Shown: positions 27,946 through 37,361 of the stretch, piece after piece | How the letters are laid out: every line of letters begins with the position of its first letter | Numbering within the stretch: the stretch's first letter is position 1 | DNA from: a virus | DNA length: 64,000 nt | IMG/VR virus record: IMGVR_UViG_3300044707_000140 | Span: 34,081-98,080 of that record | Direction: 5' to 3' (one strand) | Program-made: the position numbers and the translations under genes | Notes under the pieces: generated by a model | The model's database searches: none | Told to the model about the DNA's origin: nothing | Seen by the model: only the letters and a program-made list of their open reading frames with translations

Positions 27946-28041
27946 ATGAATAACGATAGAGAGTCTGCGAAAGCAGAGATGATGGGCCTTTTTGCCCTAT
28001 TTATCGCAATGTTTTTAATTACAGTTTTTGATAAATGTTAA
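27946..28041 (+). CDS. 31-aa membrane peptide
   Basis: MNNDRESAKAEMMGLFALFIAMFLITVFDKC. Confidence 0.4.
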   Translation: MNNDRESAKAEMMGLFALFIAMFLITVFDKC

Positions 28042-28047
28042 ACAACT

Positions 28048-28605
28048 ATGGGATCACAATCATTCACCGTAAGAAGCAGAGGCATGTCTGCTAAAGAAGC
28101 ATATGACAGAGCTGTAGAAGAGGCTGAATCAGAATATGGCCATCAACAAGGATATAGTGGCGCTATTAATGCTACACCAGGATTTAGAGATGTGACAAAG
28201 GACTACAAGTCTTCTAGTCTTCCTAAATACAATTTTATTGAAAAGCGCATGGATATTCTCACTAAACACCAAGGCGCAGAGTGCATTTGTATTACAGAAC
28301 CCAAGACCAACACCAACAAGATTAAAACACAGGTGGACCATGTTGTAGAGAAAGGCACCAAGAAATGGGTGCTTCTGTATTGTGTTTATGAAGCCTGGAG
28401 TGGTAAGTTTGTAGCATCTTTTGACAAAAAGGGTGATGCTGTAGCTAGAGCTCGTCAGCACACAGAGAAAACACAAGCTGAAACGCATGTAAAAATGGAG
28501 AAGAAACTTGAGAAGGGAACACCTCTCACTGCTAAAATCACCTACAAAAAAGCAAAAGATGAAAAAGAAGGCGAATGGGAGTTCTACGGCTGGGCAAGCT
28601 GTTGA
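28048..28605 (+). CDS. Conserved phage hypothetical protein
   Basis: 'EYGHQQGYSGAI' and C-terminal 'WEFYGWASC'. Confidence 0.7.
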   Translation: MGSQSFTVRSRGMSAKEAYDRAVEEAESEYGHQQGYSGAINATPGFRDVTKDYKSSSLPKYNFIEKRMDILTKHQGAECICITEPKTNTNKIKTQVDHVVEKGTKKWVLLYCVYEAWSGKFVASFDKKGDAVARARQHTEKTQAETHVKMEKKLEKGTPLTAKITYKKAKDEKEGEWEFYGWASC

Positions 28606-28757
28606 TTACACACTTGTTACAACCAGAGCAAAGCTCGTGGGTAACATCCTTTATTATTCAGGCGATGAGTTTGAAACAACAGATGACATTACAGAATTAG
28701 CAATGGAATCTGAGGAAGAACTGGTTGACAGACTCATTAACCTTTTAGATTATTACT

Positions 28758-28955
28758 ATGATAAAGCCAACGAACTTTCCTGAAGATTTTGAGCGGGAAG
28801 CACTAAAAGATTCTGTATATTTGCTAGAAGAACAACAAAGAATACTGCAGGAGATTAATGAAGAAGAACATAGACTGCCTGCGAAGATTACGCTTTTAAC
28901 ACCTCTTCCTGAATCTACGACAAATGAATCTGAAGTTAACACCCTACCATTTTGA
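28758..28955 (+). CDS. Hypothetical protein
   Basis: Packed ORF. Confidence 0.5.
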   Translation: MIKPTNFPEDFEREALKDSVYLLEEQQRILQEINEEEHRLPAKITLLTPLPESTTNESEVNTLPF

Positions 28956-29550
28956 AGAGCTAATTAAAAAGAGTTATTCTCTTGATCTAATTTTCTTACT
29001 AAAGCTTGTCGAAGAACAGTATGACATTGCTTCTCTAAAGGAAGCTAGTGTAAAGATTGCTGCTCTTCATCAAACTTTAGTAAGAAAAGGATTGATTACA
29101 GAAACAGAGGATAAACTCACCACCATGGGTCAAGAGCTCATTAAGTTTATTGACACCAAAGAACCAAAGAAGATTGTAAAGAAGAAACCTGCAACCACAG
29201 AGTTTGAAGAGTGGTGGAAAGCATATCCAGGTACAGACACATTTAAGCATAATGGTAAGAGCTTTACAGGTGCAAGAAGCTTGAGACAAAACAAGGATGA
29301 GTGCAGGTTGAGGTTTGATAAGATACTTCTAGAGGGAGAATATACAGCAGCTGAACTAATAGAAGCGCTTAAATTTGATGTCCTTCAAAAGAAAGAAAGT
29401 TCTGTAAAGAGTGGGACCAATAGGCTCACGTACATGCAGAATAGTCTCACCTATCTGAATCAACGCAGCTATGAACCATTTATTGAATTAATCAAAGAGG
29501 GTGTTCAGATTGAACAAGCCCCTAAAATTGTAGGAGGAACAGATATATGA
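28924..29550 (+). CDS. Replication initiator/helicase-loader-like protein
   Basis: 'FEEWWKAYP...TYLNQRSYE' pattern; upstream of DnaB. Confidence 0.55.
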   Translation: MNLKLTPYHFEELIKKSYSLDLIFLLKLVEEQYDIASLKEASVKIAALHQTLVRKGLITETEDKLTTMGQELIKFIDTKEPKKIVKKKPATTEFEEWWKAYPGTDTFKHNGKSFTGARSLRQNKDECRLRFDKILLEGEYTAAELIEALKFDVLQKKESSVKSGTNRLTYMQNSLTYLNQRSYEPFIELIKEGVQIEQAPKIVGGTDI

Positions 29551-29798
29551 CAATATATAGCATCTTAGACATAATGGAAAAACAAACATCCAATGCTAGA
29601 TTTCCTCTAAGACATGACCAGATACTAAATTTTGGAGACATCATTGTTCGCAGAAATTCTAAATTTATGATTGTAATAAAAGACATGAAGGAGGAAGATA
29701 AAGTGATGGTTGCAGAGAAGTATGGAAATGTTTATGTAAGAGAAAGAAAGAACATATGGTTTTCTACAACACTAAATACTTTAATGCATGAGCTTTGA
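29547..29798 (+). CDS. Hypothetical protein
   Basis: Coupled ORF. Confidence 0.5.
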   Translation: MTIYSILDIMEKQTSNARFPLRHDQILNFGDIIVRRNSKFMIVIKDMKEEDKVMVAEKYGNVYVRERKNIWFSTTLNTLMHEL

Positions 29799-30849
29799 AC
29801 AACTAAAACAAGAGGTCCAGCTAGGCCTAGAGGGCAGAAATAGCGGCATACCTATGGGCTTTGATAGGCTAAATAGATATATTGGCATCCGTAAGAGCAT
29901 GTACTTTCTTGTAGGTGGTTTAACAGGCTCTGGTAAAACATCCTTCATAGATGATGCATTTGTGCTCAATCCTTTTGACTGGTATATCAGTCAGAAAGAC
30001 CCAAAACTCAAGCTACGCATCATATATCGTTCAATGGAGCGTACAAGAGTGTACAAGCTAGCCAAATGGGTAGGTAGGAGGATATTTCTAGACCACGGGG
30101 TGATTATTCCTGTTCCTAAGCTATTAGGCTGGACAGAGAAGATGACTGCTGATGAGCATGATCTATTCCTCATGTACCAAGACTACATGGGTCAGATGGA
30201 TGAGGTGATTACTATCATCGATGGACCAGAGAACCCTGTAGGTATAGCCAAAGAATTAAAGGCGCATGCTGTTAAAAACGGGCGCATTGAGCAGGTAGAT
30301 GAGTATAATAAGCGATATTTCCCAAATAATGAGCGAGAAATCACTATTGTAATCATTGACCACATTGGTCTATTAAAGACTACAAAGGACCAGACTACCA
30401 AAAAGCAAGCTATTGATAAGATGTCAGATGAGCTTAGATTTGCTCGTGACTTTTATGGGTATACGCCTGTTGTTGTTAGTCAGTTCAATCGTGATATTAG
30501 TAATCCTATTCGCATAAAGAATGGTGATGTAGAGCCTCAACTAGAGGATTTTGCAGAGAGTTCTCAAACTCAGAATGATGCGGATATAGTATTAGCTTTA
30601 TTTGATCCTATACGCTATAAAGTGGCTGATCCCAGTGGCTATAATCTGGAGAAGCTAAAAGATGATTATGGCGCTAAGTATTTCAGAAGTCTCAGACTAA
30701 TTAAGAATTCTTATGGAGAAGATGATGTAAGAATAGGTTTGGGCTTTATGGGTCAGATAGGCATGTTCAAAGAGCTGCCCAAGCGCAGTCACATGACTGA
30801 TGCTGATTATGAGGCAGTGTTGAACAAAACTTTCTTTTTAAACAAATAA
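29788..30849 (+). CDS. dnaB: DnaB-like replicative helicase
   Basis: GGLTGSGKT, IIDHIGL, SQFNR, QNDAD and KNSYG. Confidence 0.85.
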   Translation: MSFEQLKQEVQLGLEGRNSGIPMGFDRLNRYIGIRKSMYFLVGGLTGSGKTSFIDDAFVLNPFDWYISQKDPKLKLRIIYRSMERTRVYKLAKWVGRRIFLDHGVIIPVPKLLGWTEKMTADEHDLFLMYQDYMGQMDEVITIIDGPENPVGIAKELKAHAVKNGRIEQVDEYNKRYFPNNEREITIVIIDHIGLLKTTKDQTTKKQAIDKMSDELRFARDFYGYTPVVVSQFNRDISNPIRIKNGDVEPQLEDFAESSQTQNDADIVLALFDPIRYKVADPSGYNLEKLKDDYGAKYFRSLRLIKNSYGEDDVRIGLGFMGQIGMFKELPKRSHMTDADYEAVLNKTFFLNK

Positions 30850-30850
30850 A

Positions 30851-31021
30851 ATGAATATTAAACTATTTAACACAGCACCTAAAAACAGTGATGTATTTTG
30901 GCAGATTGTGCTATTACCAACTATTACTATTTTACGAAACACTGAATTTGACCAAGGGTATTCTGTAATTAGTGTAGAATGGTTATTCTGGTCTGTAACA
31001 CTAATTAATTATGACAATTAG
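30851..31021 (+). CDS. 56-aa hypothetical protein (not in ORF track)
   Basis: MNIKLFNTAPKNSDVFWQIVLLPTITIL...EWLFWSVTL; fills the gap between the two helicase genes. Confidence 0.5.
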   Translation: MNIKLFNTAPKNSDVFWQIVLLPTITILRNTEFDQGYSVISVEWLFWSVTLINYDN

Positions 31022-32087
31022 AGATCAGAGACAGCAAGAGTTTGCTAACATTTGGGTAAACAGCGGTAAACATGGTATACTTAATCTATGTCCTAGATTT
31101 GGCAAGATTTACACTACCATCAATATAATTGAAAGACTGAATCCAAAAAGCATTCTTATTGCCTACCCAGACAACAAGATTAAACAAAGCTGGAAAGATG
31201 ACTTTGAAAAGCGCGGGTTTGATGATAGTGGTGTTACATATACCACTCACCTGAGCCTGAAGAAGTATACAGAGAACCTGTATGACCTTGTGGTGATAGA
31301 TGAAATACACTTGCTGTCTGAGGCTCAAATAGAAGCTGCTAGAGAGCTCCTAGAGATAAACCTAAATGTCCTAGGGCTCACAGGTACCATGACTACATGG
31401 ACAGAGCGCACCCTTGAAGAAGAGCTTGATTTGTCTGTTGTAGCCACCTATTCAATAGAGAAGGCTATAGAGGAAGGAGTAATTGTGGATTATGAAATTA
31501 CAGTGGTCCATGTTCCTTTAGATAACAAACGTAAGAACAACTACAAGGGTAAGATGCGCACTGAGAAAGCTCAGTTTGAAGCTTATGGGTATGTGATAAA
31601 CAGCCTAGAAGCACAAGGTAGAGCTACCATGTTTTTGAGACTTGCAAGGATGCGTATTATCCAGAACAGTGTGGCTAAAATGGAGAAGACCAGGGAACTA
31701 CTCAAAAAGCATAAAGATGAACGAGTGTTAGTATTCTGTGGTGTCACCAAGATAGCTGATCAACTGGGCGTCCCATCCTATCATAGCAAGAAGGAAGAGA
31801 AGCAGATATTTGATGACTTTGTAACAGGTAAGGGTAAACACTTAGCTGTTGTAAAAATCGGTAATACAGGAGTGACATATAAACCACTGAACCGTGTGAT
31901 TATCAATTATTTTGACAGCAATGCAGAAAACCTGGCTCAGAAGATCAACAGATGTATGGCTATGGAATACAACAATCCCGAGAAGAAAGCACAGATTTAC
32001 ATTGTATGTTCTACGGAGGATGTTGAAGCAAAGTGGCTCAAAAAAGCACTAGAATTCTTTGATAAAGACAAAATAAAATTTGTTTAA
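31011..32087 (+). CDS. SF2 (DExH) helicase
   Basis: 'PRFGK', DEIH, LGLTGT and QKINR. Confidence 0.8.
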   Translation: MTIRDQRQQEFANIWVNSGKHGILNLCPRFGKIYTTINIIERLNPKSILIAYPDNKIKQSWKDDFEKRGFDDSGVTYTTHLSLKKYTENLYDLVVIDEIHLLSEAQIEAARELLEINLNVLGLTGTMTTWTERTLEEELDLSVVATYSIEKAIEEGVIVDYEITVVHVPLDNKRKNNYKGKMRTEKAQFEAYGYVINSLEAQGRATMFLRLARMRIIQNSVAKMEKTRELLKKHKDERVLVFCGVTKIADQLGVPSYHSKKEEKQIFDDFVTGKGKHLAVVKIGNTGVTYKPLNRVIINYFDSNAENLAQKINRCMAMEYNNPEKKAQIYIVCSTEDVEAKWLKKALEFFDKDKIKFV

Positions 32088-32110
32088 TCGGAAAGAATTT
32101 CTTATCTTTA
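32079..32110 (+). promoter_or_regulatory. Bacteroidota-type promoter
   Basis: TTTG-N20-TATCTTTA. Confidence 0.5.
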
Positions 32111-32143
32111 TAGCTATTAAATCACAATAAACCCTTAAAGCAC

Positions 32144-32815
32144 ATGGCAAGTAAATTAATCGGAATTGTAGGTCAAACAGGCACAGGAAAATCCACAGCT
32201 ATTAAAAACCTAGATCCAAAAGAAACGTACATTATCAATGTAGCAAAGAAAGAACTTCCGTTCAAAGGCTCAGAGAAACTGTACAACACAGAGAACAAGA
32301 ATTACAAGGAAGTGGATGATGCAAATGAAATTACACGTTTGCTCAGGACCATCTCAGACAAAGCTCCTCACATCAAGAATATCGTTATTGAGGACAGCAA
32401 TTACATCATGGGATTCAACATTGTATCTAAAGCTACAGAAGTGGGCTACACCAAGTTTAGCTTGATGGCAAAAGATATGGTGGATCTATTCAGAGAATCT
32501 CGCAAACTTCGTGAAGACATTATAGTGTTCTATCTTACACACCCTGAAACTATTGAAGATGGTGGTGATATTGTAGGATATAAAATTAAGACCGCTGGTA
32601 AGCTGATTGATAATCAAGTGTTACTAGAAGGCTTGATGACTGTGTGTTTATACACGTATGTAGATGAGAATAAAGATGGCACAGCTAGCTATCATTTCAT
32701 CACTAATAGATTCAAAAAGATGCCTGCAAAGAGCCCAGATGGTATGTTTGCAGAGGTTAAAATCCCTAACAACTTACAGTTGGTAGTGGATACAGTGAAA
32801 TCGTATTATAATTAA
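32144..32815 (+). CDS. AAA-family ATPase (Sak4-like single-strand annealing ATPase)
   Basis: GQTGTGKS, IVIED, KTAGKL and AKSPDGMF. Confidence 0.8.
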   Translation: MASKLIGIVGQTGTGKSTAIKNLDPKETYIINVAKKELPFKGSEKLYNTENKNYKEVDDANEITRLLRTISDKAPHIKNIVIEDSNYIMGFNIVSKATEVGYTKFSLMAKDMVDLFRESRKLREDIIVFYLTHPETIEDGGDIVGYKIKTAGKLIDNQVLLEGLMTVCLYTYVDENKDGTASYHFITNRFKKMPAKSPDGMFAEVKIPNNLQLVVDTVKSYYN

Positions 32816-32837
32816 ATCACAATAAAAAACAAAGCAC

Positions 32838-33701
32838 ATGATCCAAGGAGACAAAAGAGAAAGACAGGCCCTCCCCGAAATTAGTAAAAAGGTGGGGCTA
32901 TTTGAAGCACGAGTAGTAGCTATCAATCCAACAACAGAAGAGTTCAAAGAAGTGTTAAACATTGACCTTCCTGAGGACAGCAAACTAGCAGAGTATCTGG
33001 GTACAAGCAGAGATGGTAACACCTTCTTGCGTGTAGACGTTTGGCTGGAGGAAGTGAAAAAGAAAGACAAGTTCAAAGTGACCTTCTTCTTAGAAGACAA
33101 AGAACGTGAGAACAAGGATGGCAGCAAAAAGCAGTATATCAATAACATTGGTAGATGCGCCTGGGCTGATGATCCAAACAATCTTGCTGAGTGGTTCGCG
33201 AAGCGTGATCACCGCGTAGCATTTGTAGGTGAAGAAGAACTTTATGAGTTCTTACGTACATGGTTGGGTGAGCTTGATTATTCTAAAGACACAACAGTGT
33301 TACAGCTTGAGTGGAAGAAGCTCATGAAAGGTAACCTAAAGGACCTGAAGAGTCAAGTGGATGGCGCATATTGCACAAATGTAGCAGCTCTTGCTACCAT
33401 CACTGTTAAACAGAAAGATGGTGAGAACAAAGAATATCAGAGCATTTACAATAAAGCATTCCTGCCTGCTTACTATCTGAAAAACTTCCGTTTGATTAAC
33501 TATAACGATCCCACAGTACAAAGTGGCTTGCGTGCTAAGAAGTCTAAGGACCTCAAGCCTCACGAGCGCTTTGTGGTGAACGTTACAGGAGAGTATGGTT
33601 GTAAAGACTATTACACTCTGCGTGACTTACAGGACTATAATCCAGATGACAATCTGGTAGCGTCTGATAAGGCACTCTCTGATGACGGTAGTGACTATTA
33701 A
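32838..33701 (+). CDS. crAss-like ssDNA-binding protein (putative)
   Basis: 'VVAINPT...RVDVWL...KQYINNIG'; acidic C-terminal tail; follows the AAA ATPase. Confidence 0.55.
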   Translation: MIQGDKRERQALPEISKKVGLFEARVVAINPTTEEFKEVLNIDLPEDSKLAEYLGTSRDGNTFLRVDVWLEEVKKKDKFKVTFFLEDKERENKDGSKKQYINNIGRCAWADDPNNLAEWFAKRDHRVAFVGEEELYEFLRTWLGELDYSKDTTVLQLEWKKLMKGNLKDLKSQVDGAYCTNVAALATITVKQKDGENKEYQSIYNKAFLPAYYLKNFRLINYNDPTVQSGLRAKKSKDLKPHERFVVNVTGEYGCKDYYTLRDLQDYNPDDNLVASDKALSDDGSDY

Positions 33702-33717
33702 TTTCCATTCCCTTCAC

Positions 33718-33757
33718 AGCCCTCATCAGAGCAATCTGGTGGGGGCTTTATTTTTTA
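33718..33757 (+). terminator. Rho-independent terminator
   Basis: AGCCCTCATCAGA-GCAA-TCTGGTGGGGGCT followed by TTATTTTTT. Confidence 0.75.
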
Positions 33758-33761
33758 TTCT

Positions 33762-34142
33762 ATGATAACAATCCCTGTTAGTGTAGGTGAGTTGATTGAC
33801 AAATACACCATCCTACAAATTAAACGCTCTAAGGTGAGTGCTGATAAGCTTTCTAAGGTGGAGAATGAATCAAAACAGCTATTGCCGCAGGTTGGTAAGT
33901 TCCTTGCCATAGATCCAATATCCACACTGTATGAAGACCTTATAGGTATAAATCTACAGCTTTGGAATGTGGAGGATGACATAAGAAAGCTTGAGAAAGA
34001 CAAAGACTTTGGTGATAAGTTCATTGAGCTTGCCAGAGCTGTTTATCATCTAAACGATGAGCGTTTTGTCATCAAGAATAAAATCAACACTCTCACAGAT
34101 TCAGACATTCAAGAAGTAAAACAGTATATTGACTACAAATGA
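33762..34142 (+). CDS. DUF6165-like protein
   Basis: 'IPVSVGELIDKYTILQIK...LWNVEDDIR...FIELARAVY..NDER...KNKIN'. Confidence 0.7.
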   Translation: MITIPVSVGELIDKYTILQIKRSKVSADKLSKVENESKQLLPQVGKFLAIDPISTLYEDLIGINLQLWNVEDDIRKLEKDKDFGDKFIELARAVYHLNDERFVIKNKINTLTDSDIQEVKQYIDYK

Positions 34143-35143
34143 TTACAGGTGAAAGAAAGGTGAGGCTCACTCCTCAAGCTGTTCTTCAGAAGATATCAGA
34201 GTATGACATATTTAGGTTCTACATGCCAGAGAAAGGCTGGAAGATTAACCAAGCTACATTCTCTCCATTTAGGCAGGAGAACAATCCATCCTTTGTGATA
34301 GGTAATAAGAAGGGGTTTCTATCGTTCATAGACTTTGCGGACACTAGTAAACGTGGTGACTGCTTTACATTTGTAAAGATGCTCCACAATCTATCCAGTA
34401 TGGATGATGTCCTAAGGATGGTAGATAGAGACTTTGGACTAGGATTTCTACCTAACACAGCTACAGGTGATTACAAGATAATTACAAAAGAATATAAGCA
34501 GCCTGAAGATATAGGCAAGAGATATTCTATTATTCAAGTGATTACGCGTAAGTTCACCCAAGAGGAACTGGATTATTGGAATGACTACCATCAGAGTCTA
34601 GATGATCTTAGAGCAAACAATGTATACGCTATTAAAAAGCTGTATTTCAACAAACAATTGTTTCCTCTAAAGGATACAGAGCTCAGGTTTGGTTATCTGT
34701 ATGACGGTCATTGGAAAATCTATCGTCCGTTTGCTGATAAGAAAAACAAATGGGTGCCTAATAATGTCCCTATTACAATGATGGATGGTAAAGAGAACAT
34801 TGTCAACTGTAAAGTGGCTTTCATCAACAAGAGTAAGAAAGACTATATGGTGATGAAAAAGGTGTTTCCGTGCTCCTGTGCTGTCCAGAACGAAGGATTG
34901 GGATGTTTCTCTGATGAGAATGTAGAATATCTAAAAGCTAACTCTGATAGACAAATCCTAAGCTTTGATAGCGATGAGACAGGTGTACACAATTCTAAAC
35001 AGATTACAGAACTGTTTGGTTTTGATTATACTAACGTCCCGCGTAAGTATCTATCTGAAGGAATCAAGGATTGGGCTGATCTAGTAAAAACGTATGGGTA
35101 CTATCCCGTAGAAAACTATTTAAGACAAAAACAACTACTATGA
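34139..35143 (+). CDS. DNA primase (crAss-type, TOPRIM)
   Basis: 'SPFRQENNPSF', 'KIYRP', 'KSKKD', 'QNE', 'FDSDETG' and 'KDWAD'. Confidence 0.82.
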   Translation: MITGERKVRLTPQAVLQKISEYDIFRFYMPEKGWKINQATFSPFRQENNPSFVIGNKKGFLSFIDFADTSKRGDCFTFVKMLHNLSSMDDVLRMVDRDFGLGFLPNTATGDYKIITKEYKQPEDIGKRYSIIQVITRKFTQEELDYWNDYHQSLDDLRANNVYAIKKLYFNKQLFPLKDTELRFGYLYDGHWKIYRPFADKKNKWVPNNVPITMMDGKENIVNCKVAFINKSKKDYMVMKKVFPCSCAVQNEGLGCFSDENVEYLKANSDRQILSFDSDETGVHNSKQITELFGFDYTNVPRKYLSEGIKDWADLVKTYGYYPVENYLRQKQLL

Positions 35144-35925
35144 AGATCGCAACGTACAACTCAACAAAAGACTTGTTGATTAAAGCAGAATTGCCTCAAC
35201 AAACAAGAACGTACAAGCCTGTTACACATCAACAGCTTATTGATCTCACCCTGGAAAGCATAAATCAAGCAGGGTTTCAATTAGACAAAGAACTGTATTC
35301 TAGTACATCAGATGGTCAAGTGGCTAATGGTAACTTCACTATTAGTAATGTGGCAGACAAAGAAATGCAGCTTCAGATTGGCTGGCAGAATAGCTACAAC
35401 AAGACCTTGAGCTTGAAGTTTGCTATTGGTGCACGTATCTTTATTTGTCAGAATGGTGCTGTACATGGTGATATGGGCTCTTTCAAGAAGAAACACATGG
35501 GCACTGTACAGGAGTTTACACCAGCAGCTATTACAGAATATATTAAGCAAGCTGGTGAAACTTTTAGAACTATGCAGACAGAGCGTGAATCTATGAAGCA
35601 AATCGAGGTGAGCAAGCGTGCACAAGCTGAGCTTGTAGGTAGATTGCTTCTGGAGGAGAAGTTGATTAGCACTATGCAGGTGAATCAAATCGCTGCTGAG
35701 TTAACCAACCCCACCTATGATTATGGTGCTCCTGGATCTATGTGGGAACTCTATCAGTTCACTACACAAACTATGAGAGAAACTCATCCTAGATTCTGGA
35801 TTAATGACCACATGCGTGCTCACAAGTTCTTTGTGAACGAGAGTGGTATTATGGTGAGTTCATCTAACATAGAAGTGGTGGTTGAAGAACCTTCACCTTT
35901 TACACAACTAGAAATGACATTTTAA
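35140..35925 (+). CDS. DUF932/DUF945-like protein
   Basis: 'YKPVTH', 'NSYNK', 'ICQNG', 'KKKH' and 'WELYQ..T'. Confidence 0.7.
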   Translation: MKIATYNSTKDLLIKAELPQQTRTYKPVTHQQLIDLTLESINQAGFQLDKELYSSTSDGQVANGNFTISNVADKEMQLQIGWQNSYNKTLSLKFAIGARIFICQNGAVHGDMGSFKKKHMGTVQEFTPAAITEYIKQAGETFRTMQTERESMKQIEVSKRAQAELVGRLLLEEKLISTMQVNQIAAELTNPTYDYGAPGSMWELYQFTTQTMRETHPRFWINDHMRAHKFFVNESGIMVSSSNIEVVVEEPSPFTQLEMTF

Positions 35926-35926
35926 T

Positions 35927-36637
35927 ATGCAATGGGAGAAATTCGCAGACCAGTTTGATGAAAGCTGGCACTACAAAATGAAGCCATTCATTGAAAGTGA
36001 AGCCTGTGACGCTATCTATGAGTTTCTTAAAAAGGAAGCAAAGAGGGGTAAGAAGATTGCCCCTCTTTCTTCTAATACCTTCAGGGCATTCAAAGAAACC
36101 AAGTTTACAGACGTCAAGGTTATAATGATAGGCATGTGCCCCTATCACACCTTCAAGAATAATGAGCCTATAGCAGACGGGTTATTAATGGGTTGTTCCA
36201 CAACAGGTTATCCACAGCCATCACTAGATAATTTCTACAATGCTTTGGAAAAAGAGTTCCATAATGGGCTCAACCTGAAGATGAACAAGAATCCAGATGT
36301 TACCTATTTAGCTAACCAGGGCGTGCTTATGCTTAACGCAGCCCTCACTGTAGAGGCTAATAAAGCAGGCTCACATAATGCCATTTGGGAACCATTCATG
36401 AAGTATTTACTTGAGAATGTGTTAGATACAACAGGCGCTCCAATCATCTTCCTTGGGAAAGATGCAGCTAAATATGAGCGCTATGTAGCCCCTTTTACAT
36501 GGACATTCACACTATCACACCCCGCCAGTGCATCATACAAGAATACAGACTGGGATACAGAGGGTGTGTTTAAGAAAGTGAGCACAATAGTTAAACAAAA
36601 CAACAATCTAGACATCAACTGGCTAGATTTAAAGTAA
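35927..36637 (+). CDS. ung: Uracil-DNA glycosylase family 1-like protein (atypical catalytic motif)
   Basis: 'VKVIMIGMCPYH', 'ADGL', 'QGVLMLNAALTV', 'GSH...W' and 'HPAS'. Confidence 0.82.
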   Translation: MQWEKFADQFDESWHYKMKPFIESEACDAIYEFLKKEAKRGKKIAPLSSNTFRAFKETKFTDVKVIMIGMCPYHTFKNNEPIADGLLMGCSTTGYPQPSLDNFYNALEKEFHNGLNLKMNKNPDVTYLANQGVLMLNAALTVEANKAGSHNAIWEPFMKYLLENVLDTTGAPIIFLGKDAAKYERYVAPFTWTFTLSHPASASYKNTDWDTEGVFKKVSTIVKQNNNLDINWLDLK

Positions 36638-36649
36638 AACCGAAAATTT

Positions 36650-36961
36650 ATGGAAACAACTGTAGACAACCTCCAACTGGGGGATGAGTTCCTCTACTCT
36701 ATACAGGGAACTATTGCCAGGGCTAAAGTGATTAGACCCGTAGAACCAAAGAAAGTGCAACCAACGTATGGGACTCAGGGTAAAACCTATTACAAATCAG
36801 TGAAGTGTAAAGTGGCTGTTAAAGAAACAACTTACAGCTATGGTGCTTTTGGTAAAACACGCACATATACTAAAAAAGAATACAATGCATCAGACAATTA
36901 CACTGTTGAGAAGTATGTAGATCTTAATTATAGAAACATTTGGTTACTTAAAAAAGCATAA
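36650..36961 (+). CDS. Hypothetical protein
   Basis: ORF track. Confidence 0.65.
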   Translation: METTVDNLQLGDEFLYSIQGTIARAKVIRPVEPKKVQPTYGTQGKTYYKSVKCKVAVKETTYSYGAFGKTRTYTKKEYNASDNYTVEKYVDLNYRNIWLLKKA

Positions 36962-36962
36962 T

Positions 36963-37361
36963 ATGAAACTAAGATATGGAGGAGATCTCCAGATAGGAGA
37001 TTTCATTATAGTCGCAAACAGTAATTACACATCCTTTGGATGGTTCTGCGGAAGAGGTCAGGGTGGTACAGTTCAGTATTATTACTTCCGTGTTCCAGCA
37101 GAAAGATATAAGACTTTTCAGGAATGGGAGGCTGGTAAGCTTCCAAATCTTAATAAATGGTACAGAGAAAAGTTTGAGAAACACGGATTTAGCTCCAAGC
37201 TATTCTATAAAGAATACATCTATGGAGGTAGTATGGATTTAAATGGATCTCGTGTTGTTAAGATAGCAGATCCAGAGAGCATATTTACACACCCAGAAGA
37301 CTTAGAAGACTACAGAAAATCAAAAGAAGCACTAATCTACATTAAATTCCCCGTAAAATGA
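36963..37361 (+). CDS. Hypothetical protein
   Basis: ORF track. Confidence 0.65.
   Translation: MKLRYGGDLQIGDFIIVANSNYTSFGWFCGRGQGGTVQYYYFRVPAERYKTFQEWEAGKLPNLNKWYREKFEKHGFSSKLFYKEYIYGGSMDLNGSRVVKIADPESIFTHPEDLEDYRKSKEALIYIKFPVK

Noticed and set aside
28508-28783. ORF overlapping the end of 28048-28605
   Set aside because: The 3' part may be a real small gene, but the start could not be placed, so it is not listed as a feature.
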